Of a stretch of 15,432 nucleotides of DNA, positions 1 through 12,000 are shown piece by piece. This stretch comes from Candidatus Thorarchaeota archaeon. GTDB taxonomy: Archaea > Asgardarchaeota > Thorarchaeia > Thorarchaeales > Thorarchaeaceae. Every line of letters begins with the position of its first letter. Positions within the stretch are counted from its first letter, which is position 1. A program made the position numbers and the translations under genes. The notes under the pieces are model-generated. The model saw only the letters and a program-made list of their open reading frames with translations. It made no database searches and was not told where the DNA came from. Location: assembly GCA_003345545.1 (NCBI GenBank), contig PRDH01000055.1, positions 1 through 15,432 on the forward strand, in the 5' to 3' direction.

Positions 1-27
1 TTAGCACTGCTTTTGCGGCCAATGTCG

Positions 28-3000
28 TTATGCTCTCGCATTCAGCTCCCTATCCACAATCTTGATCAGAACTTCAATCCGCTTGACTAGAGCTTGCTTT
101 AGCTTAAGTCCAGGGTCGGTAAGATCTTCCTCAAGTATGATTTCACCGAATGCCTTAACATATAGGTCATACGCATTTCGCAGCTCTTCTTTCACTGAGA
201 GGAGCACCTTTGTGTCCATTGCAGGAATTTGTTCTTGAAGTTCTCTCAGCCAATCAAGACTTGCGAGAATCTCCTCCCGTACCTTCACGGGGAGTTCTGC
301 CTCCTCCATGGACATCACTCGTTCAGGCCCTAGTGCTTTTTCAAGCGCTGCAACTCTCCGCCTTGTGCGCCTGACGTATAGTGCGCCTCCAACTCCGACT
401 AGTCCTATCACGCCAAATGTCGCGATGCCCATAGCAGTGCGCACAGGGAACCAATTGATGGTTGGATAGAGCCCTCGTTGATCCACTTGGGTCAACCCAT
501 ACGGGTCCATGATTTCCTCTATGATGTATTGCATAGTTCCAGCCCCCTGTGATGTTACATTGAGCTCCCATCTCTGTCTTTCTGCAACAAAGATTGCATT
601 TTGTCCATTGACAATCACAGTTGTGTTTGAATCTGAGAGGGCTGCACCATCTGACATGTAGTTCAGGTAGAAGTAGACTGTGACAGTCCACTCCAGCTCG
701 CATTGCAGTACCCGTCCTGCAGGTGAGTCTATTTCTGGGTCAAAAGCTGGAGCACTGCCCCACACTCCTGCGCGTGATACATAGATCAAATCCCAAGTGG
801 TTGTGCAGGTGAACTCAGTCCCCCCATCTATTACCTGTATGCCTCCAACCAGATCCAAATGTCCTGTGATACTGTAGCTATGAGTGCTGACCTCGCCTGA
901 GGTCACTGTGATATACCAGTAACTCTCTGTCGATAGAAATGTAGCCTTCACACCATTGATGTATATCTCTCCATCACTATCTGTGAACAGCGAACCGGTG
1001 TAGGATCTTCGAATACGGAACATAACATCAACTTCCTGACTAAGATCGGCGCGAGTCCGCTGAGATTCGCTCCAAAACACCTCGAGTTGATCCCAGATTA
1101 TATACTCGGCATCACTGTTGCTGATGAGAGAGACACCATGACCTACTGGGATGGCCAAGACGCACATGTATGCCCTACGACCCACAGTGCCATATTCGTA
1201 GGTCGTGTCGTTAAGCACCAGTGTTCCTATGTATGGCAATCCGTCGTAGTCAAAGGTTCCACTGACCAGGATGGAAGCATTGGTTCCTACGGTGATGTAG
1301 CGATTTCCAACTACCACTCTCACTGTGATTGAGTCCCAGGTGACGTAGATTCGTCCGCTCAACCGAATCTGTGTGATATTGTAGGTGTCTCCACTGGCTG
1401 AGGCACAAGTGTAGCCCTTTCTTCCAACAGAGTAAAGAATGTACACTGTGTCATTCAGAGTCAGCACTCCATCATACATCTTACCATCATAGTCATAGAG
1501 CGCATAGACTTGGATAGAGGCATTTCGACCGACATTGATATGCACACTGTTATTCAGGACATATACTCGAAGTGAGTCCCAAATGATGTATTCTTCATCA
1601 CTATATCCAATCACGGTTATGCCGTGAATTCCACCTGAGGCGACTGAAGCGGTGTATCCACGACGACCTACTGTGCCGTACTGATAGACTGTGTTATTCA
1701 GCGTGATGATTCCATCATAAGGAGTGCCATCGAAGGCATATATGGCTGAAATCCCTATTGTTGCGTTCTCCCCAACATTAATCCGGTTATCAGCAACGAT
1801 AAGCATTACCCTTAAGCAATCCCATATCATCGACGGTGACGTGACACGCTGATCGTATTGCGCTATCCCATTCACGTCGACTCCTGTGACACTCCAGATT
1901 AGACGAATGACACTTGCGCTTGACCAAGTGAGATCGATCCAGCCGCTGCCATTAATTGCATAGGGGGTCATATTGACGAAGAGAGACCCTTTAGTAACAG
2001 CGCTTCCATTTGTTGACCACTTGCAGTGGAAATAGACAGTCACATCAGTAACAATGTCTATTCTTCCATCTACATCACTTGCAAAGGCCATGTCAATAAC
2101 AACTACGGGACGCTCAGTCCACGTGACTATCAATAGATTAGCACTGAAGACTTGCAGTCCGTATTGATCATCTATCGCGCTGATCACGGTATAAATCCAG
2201 GTAGCATCAACTGGGCCATCCCACACATCAGAGAAATTGCCAACTACAAAGAACGATTCGTTTCTGTTCACCGAAGCTGTTAGTAGTTGAACTCGACCGC
2301 CATCGTAGTCCCTGGTGGCAATAAGTGTGAAGTTTACCAGTGAATGCCAATTGACAAGGAGCGCGTCGGCACTCAACACAACTTCAATCTTGTCCCAGAT
2401 TATAGAAACTGGAGCAGCCGGATATTCTACCGCTGTCAGTTCATGAAGGTCGTCAGTGACTCCTGATACTTGAAACTGCCATCGTCCGGTTACCATGTAC
2501 ACTCTATTCTGATACCAATGCATGAGCGACTGATTCCAAATCATGCTTGTACCGTTCAGATAGACTGTTCCGAGGGACCCAGTGAGAATTGTCGAGTCGT
2601 ATTCATATTCTACGGTTGCATAGATGGATTGAGTTGTTCCTACGTCGCAGTGTTCGTCTGAAACTGTATACGGCAACACGCGTAGTCGATCCCAAATTAC
2701 ATAGTCCTCATCATTGATAGATATCACATCAATGCCATAAGAATCGCCTGCAGCAGTCGCAATTGTGTACGACCATCGACCAACTTCATCATGAACGTAC
2801 GTCGTATCATTGAGAACAATGAATCCATCATAGATTGCTCCATCATAATCGTAGACAGCGGTCACATAGATTGAGGCGTTACCTCCGATATCGATTCTGT
2901 GGTCCTGAATTGTTAGGCTCACAGTCAAGGAGTCCCATATGATGTTCATCCATTGAGAGTTCTGGTCAACAGCAGTGATATGATATTCATTGTCTCCGCA

Positions 3001-6000
3001 CGAAACAGAATCAAAGAGTCTTCCCATAGCTGAGGACTCAGTCCGAACATGCTGCCAGATGCCCGCTTCAAGGTGAGTAAAGCTATAACCATTGACACTG
3101 ACTGCTCCGTCTGTTACTGGTGAGTCATCGAACTCATAGTGGAGTGTGACATTAATCCATGTGTACGACCCGATGTTGTTCCTAGAGTCACTTGAATCGT
3201 ATGCCATGACTTTTATTCTGTCCCATATGACGACTTGTGATTGAAGGTTTTGGTTCACGCTTGTTATTCCATATTGATTGTCGGTACAGACAACTAGGTC
3301 ATAAGTGTTGGATGTAACGATTGATTCTGAGGTGGCAATCCTCCAAATGCCAGATCCGTTGTACGTGGCTGGGACACCATTGATACTCACTGAACCATCT
3401 GAAACATCTGCATCATCATACTCGTACTCGAGATTGACATAAACATTGACGACATCGTTTAGATTTGCTCGACTGTCCGCAACAGAGTATCCCCTGACAG
3501 TTATCTGATCCCACGTCACGCTCTGTGACTGCCCGTTCTGACTGACCTGAGTAATACCAAGAGTGTTTCCTAATGCTGCCACATCATTATAGATACGACC
3601 TGTAACACTCGACTCGCTAGCGGTGATTTGCCAAATACCCAACCCTGCGTGGGTTGCTCCTATTGTATTCACTGTCACCATGCCATCTGTCACAGGTGCG
3701 CTGTCAAATTCATAGATTAGCGTCACTTCAATTGTCACAATGTCACCGATGTTGACTCGTGCATCCGCAACAGAATAGGACTCTACAAGAATTCTATCCC
3801 AGACCTGACCCAGAGACTGGCCGTTCTGATCAACTGAGCTAATTCCATATGTATTGCCTGAAGCAAGTACTGTGTCATAGGTGACCAATTGTACACCTGT
3901 CCTAACCTCGCTGAAGTCCCAGATTCCATTGGCGCCTGAGTAGACCGCAGCTACGCCATTTACCGAAACCGTTCCATCTGTCACGTATGAGCTGTCGTAA
4001 CTGAACTGCAACATGACATGACACGACGAGGCAGATCCTATGCTGATACGCTGGTCATCAGATGCATAGGAAAGCACAAGCACCTGGTCCCAAATACATT
4101 CAACGGACTGACCGTTGAGGTTGAGAGCGCTTATGCCATATGTGGTCTCCACCGAAGCATTGACAAAGTAGGTCCATTTACCAACAGAGGACCGGCTCCT
4201 TGCGAGTTCAAACCAAAAGCTACCAGGATCCCATGTCATAGGGGCACCATCTAGAGTGACACTATCGCCCGATCCCAGACTAGACTGGTCATACTCCAGC
4301 CATAATCTGACCCGTATCTCCACAGAACTCCCAACGCTCACTCTTCCATCGCTCACTGAGATTGCAGAGACCGCGACTCTATCCCAAATGATGTCGACGC
4401 TTCGTCCGTCAAGACTTAGCGCTGTTATCCCATAGACTGACTCAGCTGAGGCGTTGACATAGTATCTCCATCGCCCTACTGCTGACTGACTCCGGCTCAG
4501 TTCAAACCGCGAGTCTGCGGTATCCCACGTCATAGCTTGACCATCTAAGGTAACAGAGTCTCCAAGGCCGAGGAACGTATGGTCATACTCTAGCCAGAGG
4601 GTAACCCTTACCTCGACAGCTTGAGTAACACTCACCCTACTATCATCAACCACAGTGCTACGCACGACAATACGGTCCCAGACAATGAAGGCATCGGGAG
4701 CGGTCTGAATCCATGAGTTCAGTCCATATGTGCTATCGACTGCCAGCGCTATAGCGTACCCCACGCTCTTGACTGAACTCTGCACCTCAGTGTATATCCA
4801 ATGAGAACCGTTCCATGACAGAGCTTTAGAACCATTCAGTGATACAACCAGACCCGAAGAGATTGCCACGTCACCGTAGTCATAGCGTGCACTCCAGTAG
4901 ACACGACCCTGTGTATTGACATTGATCCTCGAGTCGTCTACTCCTGAGATATAGAACTCAATCCTGTCTGTGACAAATGTGTCCGTGCGTGAACTCGCGT
5001 AGTAGAGGTCCATACCACCAGCTCCTGCACCTTCTGACACGACCTTGAATGTGTAGAGGTTCAGTCTTACCAGGCTTGACGAGCCTATGTTAGTCACAGT
5101 GAATTGACCGCTTCCGTCAACATCAGTGGACCACGTTCCTGAAACGTCGTGTATCACCCACACATCGGTCTCATTGGCAAGAGGATGGAGGTTTGATGAA
5201 CCATAGTAGATGAGTGTGGAACTCGCCCACAAGTTCGAGGTTGAAATGTCACCCCGGTCATCCGAGAGAGATGGAGCCGTAGCGTAGTTGAGTCGTGTCT
5301 CAGTGTCCCAGTCGACCTCATAGAAGTCCTCGTCGCTATCTGAGCCATCTGTCACATACTGCCTCATGTCGATGTTCACTAGATCCGGATGGTCCCAATC
5401 GACCTTAATGACCCAAGTTATATCGAATCCAGTTGACCGACTTGATGCAGATGCCCAGCTTCCCAGGGCCACATACTCTGAGCCCTGTGCGATGGAGAAT
5501 GAACCGGTCAAGACAGCATAGCGAATGGTCCATACCAAGAGTGACCTTGTGTCATCGTATAGGGACAATTCAACGAAGTCGATGTCTGCAGACCCATCTA
5601 GGTCAGTCACGCTGGAGGTTACAGTATAGAACCGATACCGTGCATAGAGATTGTCAGTATCGTCTGCGTTCGTAATCTGTGGCGCCACGTCGTTTGTCGG
5701 GATCTCATTCGGTGCAATGGACCATGTGACCTGCAGAGTATTCGTGGTGAATGCAGTGATTCCATATAGCGACTCAGCCGTGATAGCAGTACTGGTGTAC
5801 TGATACGAAGTATCGGCATGAGTATCCACGAAGAGCGACGTGTTTGCATTTATGAACGACCTCCAGTGAGTTCCGTTCCTACTTATCATAACCTGATAGG
5901 TCGAGCATTGAGTAGAATCATAAGCGAACACAACAGTCAATGTGAAGTTCGCCTGGTGGTCATTGTAGGGTGTGCCATCGTCAACTCCGATGGTGACCAT

Positions 6001-9000
6001 CAGCCTATCGAATACACAATAGGTTTCAGCATTTGTACTAATGGCCGATATGCCATATATGCCTCCAGACGCGGACGCCACAGAATATCCATATCTGCCC
6101 ACAATTACGTGGTTGAATGTGGTATCATTCAACAAAAGGACACCATCGAATGTTGACGAATCGTAGTCATACATGGCGGATACTACTATCCCGGACGCAC
6201 TCGTGTTGATGTTGATCCGTTGATCTACGGGATTGCTGATGTAGATTGTCAGAGAGTCCCATATACAGAAAGTCACATCATTGGATGAGATCACAGTTAT
6301 TCCATATGCATCATTACCTAGAGCTGCACTGACAGTATAGTCTTTCCTCTGCGCAACACTGTATTGGAAGACGTTATTATTGAGTACTAGTGTGCCAGTG
6401 TATAGTGTGCCATCATAATCGTACGTGGCTGACACTGTAATTCCTGATGCATTCGTGTAGATGTTGATCCGCTGGTCACTTGGCCCCGTTATCAGGATGG
6501 TCAAGCTGTCCCAGATGCAATAGACCTCGTCGTTGGTACCGATTGCTGTAATTCCAAAAGCGTCATTTCCAGCAGCGGCGGAAACTGTGTAACCCTGCTT
6601 CTGAGCCGTAGCATACATGTACTGTGTGTTGTTAAGAGATAATGTCCCATCATATGTGGCGCCATCATAGTCATAGACTGCACTCACTTGGATAGTCGCA
6701 CTCGCACCGACATTGATTCTGTTATCAGCGATGGAGAGAGAGATGGCGAGAGAGTCCCAGATAATAGATGTTCCAAGACCCGGAGCGACCATATTCAGTC
6801 CATGGAAGGTGTCTGTTATTGAGGTCACAACAAACATGACTCGACTCATTATTGGTGAACTACGTTGCTGTTCCCACCGATAATCCACTGGATCCCAGGT
6901 CATGCTTGTCCCATTCAGATAGACAGTGCCTCTTGTGCCAGTGAATACAACATCGTCATACTCGTAGATCACCACTGCTGCTATGGTCTGGATGGATCCA
7001 ACGTTACACCGGGCATCACTGACCGAATAACTGGTCACCCGTAATCTGTCCCAAATGATAGACTCCACGTCGTTTGTCCCTATCACTGTGATATCATGTG
7101 AGTCTCCGGACGCAGAGATGACTGTATAGCTGTGCCGCCCAACGCTACTGAACAGGTAAGTTGTATCGTTCAGTACGAGTGTGCCATCGTAGGTCAGCTG
7201 ATCATAGTTATAGACAGCGCTGACATAGATGGAGGCATTCTGACCTATATTGATTCTGGAGTCTGAAACAGTGATTGTGATTGTCAAAGAGTCCCAGATG
7301 GCATACGTTTCGTCATTCGCGGCTATCGCAGTTATACCATGAGTGCCGCCTCCCGCTGACTGGACCTCGTACCCCCTCCGCCCGAATGTAGAGCGCTGGA
7401 AAACAGTATCATTCAGAATCAGGGACCCGTCGTAAGCACTACCATCGAAGTCGTATACCGCTGTGACTACGATTCCACTGGCATTCTCATTGAGATTGAT
7501 TCTCTGGTCGACCGGGTCAGTGATTGATATTGTCAGAGAGTCCCAGATCTGTTGTAAGGATTGGGCATTCTGATTAGTGATAGATATCCCGTACAAGTTG
7601 CCTGAAACAGTAACTGTGTCATAGACTACTAGCTGAGCTGTGGCCCTCGTAGCTCCGAAGTTCCAGATTCCATTTGCTCCACTATATGCAGCTATGACTC
7701 CGTTGATAGTGGTTGAGCCATCCGTCACCGGGCTGGAGTCATACTCATAGCGAAGAGTCACATGGTCACTAGCCGCAGTGTTGATGTTGATTCGGTTATC
7801 ATCAGTGGAGTAGGACACGACAATCACTCTGTCCCAGATGATGGACTGCGTCTTGGCATTCTGGTTGACATTTGTGATGCCATATAGATTGCCTGAACAT
7901 GTGACCAAGTTGTATATGTTCTGGACAACTGAAGGCTCACTGTCGACAATCCTCCAGACTCCAGAAACCTGATGAACAGCGCTTACACCATTTATCGTAA
8001 CGGTTCCGTCTGTTACAGGGCTGTCATCATACTCGTACTCGATTGTGACATCGACGTTCACATTCTCGTTTACATTTGCACGGGCATCGCTGGCCGCATA
8101 CCCTCGCACAGCGATTTGGTCCCATATGACTTGCAGCGACTGGGAGTTCTGGTCAACGACCGTGATGCCTAATACGTTCCCTGTACATGCAACAGAATTG
8201 TAGGCATTCGCAGTCACAATAGATTCAGTATCAGTTATGCGCCACACTCCAGAGCCCTGATGTGTTGCTGAGATACCATTGACAGTAACAGATCCATCTA
8301 CAACGGGTGAATCATCGTACTCGTATTCGATAGTGACATCTACAAGCGCGTTGTCGTTGATATTGACCCTTGCATCGACAGCAGAATAGCTCCTAACAGT
8401 AATCTTGTCCCAAATAACTGTCAGTGATTTTCCATTCTGATCGACAACATCTACTCCATGCAATCCACCAATATGAGTGACCGTATTGTATACCACTGCA
8501 GTCACGACAGTTTCAGAATCAGAGAATCTCCAGACACCAGACCCCTGGTGAGTCGCTGCGAATCCGTTGACAGTCACTAGACCACTAGTGACTAGTGTGT
8601 TATCGTAGTCATAGTATAGAGTCACGTCTATGATTACAACGATATTGATGTTCACCCTTGTATCCGTAATCGTATATGATTGAACCTGGACTCGGTCTGC
8701 AACGTACGTGTCTTGGACTACGTTTTGAAGCAGATTCGTGTCACCTGAACTACCGCCTTCCTTGACCACAGTTACAGTGTATGTGTCTATCCCGACTCCG
8801 TCATCTGCGTAGCAAGTCACGCTAAAGGCTCCTGATTCCAACTCCTGGTCTGACCAGGGCCCTATATTGGTTCCATACTCGGATGATGAAACCCAAATGT
8901 CTGTTTCATTGGACAGAGGATTCAACAATGATCCGAAATACGATATGACCCCTGATATGGTGAAGCTTCCATCGAGAGAGCCTCTGTCGTTAGTACCAGA

Positions 9001-12000
9001 ATCGTCGTCCAAAGTGAGTCCAGTGGTTACTACCCGAGTTTCGACGTCCCAGTTCTCTTCATAGAAGTCCTGATCGAAATTGGTCCCGTCATTCACATAC
9101 TGTAGGACATCGACATCTACCAAATCTGCATGGTCCCAATCTATCTTGATTTGCCATGATACACTGATGCTGCTTCCAAAGACAGAAACCGACGACCATG
9201 TCGCGAGTTCGACGTAGTCTGAACCGAACTCGACAGTGAAGGTGTCACCAGAAACCGTGTACCTGACGACCCACACAACCTCCGTACGTGCGTCATTGTA
9301 GAGCGTCAGCTCAATGTAGTCGATATCCCAACCACCATCACCATCGCTGACATTTGATATAATGGTGTAGAACTTATACCGTGCATACATGTTGTCTGTG
9401 TCATCTGCATTCAACAACTCTGGGGCGGAATCGTTTGTTGGAGCCTTGTTTGGTTCTGCAGACCATGACACCCACTGGGCGCTGGTTGTGAAAGCTGTGA
9501 TTCCATATAGGGTTTCAAGGTTCACACCAGAAACGATGTATTCATAGATTACCTCACTATTCCTATCGACAAACAGGCTCCTATTCGAATACGTGAATGT
9601 GTGCCAATGGGTCGCGTTGCGGGCCACTCTGACTTCGTATGATGTGCAGGCTATTCCATCAGACTCAAAAGTGATGGTCAGAGTGAAGTTCACTTGGATG
9701 TCGTTGTAGGGACTTGATGAGTCTGCAGATATGATGATGTGGAGACGATCCCAGATGCAATAGGTCTCGTCGTTCAGCGAGATGGCTGAGATACCATAGA
9801 GATCATTGCCTGCAGCATTTGCCACCCTGTATCCTCTACGGCCTGCAGTAGAATGCTGGAAGATTGTGTCATTCAGATTCAGTGTTCCCGTGTATTGAGT
9901 AGAGTCGTAATCATAGATTGCTGTGACGATGATGCCTGACGCATTCTGGTTGATGCTAATCCTTTGGTCAACTGGGTCCGTGATGGTTATTGTTAGAGAG
10001 TCCCAGATGCAATACGTGGCATCATTTGTGCTAATCACGGTGATCCCATAGGAGTCGTCACCTATAGCTGTCGCGACTCTATAGCCTTGCTTCTGTGCAG
10101 TAGGATACATGAACATCGTATTGTTGAGAGTAAGAGTCCCATCATAACTCGAACCATCGTAGTCATAGATAGCTGATACCACGATGCCAGACGCATTGGT
10201 GTTGATGTTGATCCGCTGGTCAGTCGGCCCTGCTATCAGAATGGTCAGGCTATCCCAGATGCATGACTCAATATCATTGGTGCCAATCACTGTGATGTCA
10301 TAGATGAAATCGCCTGCGGCACTCGATACGGTGTACCACTGTATCTGCGCAGTTGGATAGCTGAACTGAGTGTTGTTGAGAGTCAGGGACCCCTCGTAGC
10401 TAGTCCCATCATAGGCATAAGTGGCACTTGCCTGAACGGAGGCAACTTGATTGATGTTTATTCGATTGTCCACAATTGCGATACTGATAGTCAGCGCATC
10501 CCATATGATGGCGGGGCGGGCTGTAGTCTGAAAGACACTAATGCCATGATATGTGTCAGTGATTGCCGACACACCGAACACGAGGCGTCCCACCACGGAG
10601 GAGGTTCTCTCCTGGCTCCATCGATATGCAACTCCATCCCAGACCATTGCGGAACCATTGAGGTACACCGTCCCTCTTGCACCCGAGAAGAGGGTGGAGT
10701 CATACTCGTACACTACTATCGCTGTAACATTCTGAATAGAACCTACATCACACCGAGAATCAGTGACTGAATAACTGATCACTCTCAGCTGGTCCCATAT
10801 CTGGCTCGCACTCTGCCCGTTCTGGTTGACGGAGGTTATTCCATGGGTGTTTCCAGATGCTACAACACTGTTGTATGTAAAGAGCTGAACTGCTCCTCTT
10901 GCCTCAGCAAAGTCCCAGATACCGTTTGAACCTGAATACGTTGCGACTACGCCGTTTACAGTAATTGCCCCATCCGCTACGTATGTGCTATCATAGGTGT
11001 ATTGAAGAGCCACATGACCGGAACATGCTGTGCCAACATTGATGCGGGTATCGTCCGAATAGAGCGCAATCACAATTATCCGATCCCAGATGATGGTCGT
11101 GGACTTCGAACTCTGGTCAACAACAGTAATTCCTAAAGTATTCCCGGATACTGCAACATTGTTGTAGGTGTTATCTCCCACAGATACCTCGGAGTCGGTG
11201 ATTCTCCAGATGCCGGACCCTTGATTCGCGGCAAGGATTCCGTTGATGGTCACTGTGCCATCAATCAGCGGTGAGTTATCAAAGTCATAATAGAGTGTCA
11301 CATCAACGGTCACACTATCGCCGACATTGACACGGGAATCCGATACAAGATAGGACTGGACCTGAACCCTGTCCCATATGATTATGATAGCTTGCGCATT
11401 CTGATTCACGGAAGTGATTCCATGAGTGTTCCCAGATACTGTCACAGAATCATAGGTCTCCGAGGTGACAGCGGCTTGAATCCTAGTTGCAGACCACTGA
11501 CCACTAGAGCCCGTGTAGGTGAATGTAACGCCATCTACTACGACTATACCATTGATCACATCAGAGTCGTCATACTCGTATTCGAGCACAACGTAGACTA
11601 TGATTGAGTCCCCTACATTATCACGGGTATCCGATGCAGAATAGCTCCTCACGGTCACTTGGTCCCATATGACCTCCTGCATCTGTCCATTCTGGTTCAC
11701 ATTCGTTATGCCATATGAATTGCCAGAGCACACCACTGCGTTGTATACGTTGGAAATCACAATGATCTCTGTGTCTGTTACTCGCCAGACACCAGATCCT
11801 ATGTGGCTTGCACTCAATCCATTTATCGCGACTGCACCATCAGTCACGGGACTGTCATCGTACTCGTATTCCAGCGCTACGTCGACGTTGACACCGGTGC
11901 CCAGATTCACTCTGCTGTCTGCAACCGAATAGCCTCTCACGGCCACTTGGTCCCACACAACAAGCTGGGTCTGCCCGTTCTGGTACACAGCAGTGATCCC

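Noticed and set aside
1-27. Possible terminator downstream of the stop codon
   Set aside because: Only a weak 4-bp stem is present and the T-run is on the opposite strand; 27 nt is too little context.
355-460. Sortase or archaeosortase sorting signal
   Set aside because: There is no LPXTG, PGF or PEP motif before the TM helix, and the 114-aa tail does not fit these signals.
5248-5256. RGD integrin-binding motif
   Set aside because: It sits at the usual D-x-R position of the module, and the paralogous G module has RGS, so it is likely incidental.
6734-6754. GA dinucleotide run as a phase-variation tract
   Set aside because: The run is short and interrupted, is explained by Ser/Leu/Ile codons (SLAISLS), and the frame is intact.
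8572-8593. Perfect 9-bp inverted repeat agtcactag-acca-ctagtgact
   Set aside because: It lies within coding sequence (LVTSGLVT), has no U-tract, and one 9-bp hairpin in 15 kb is not surprising by chance.
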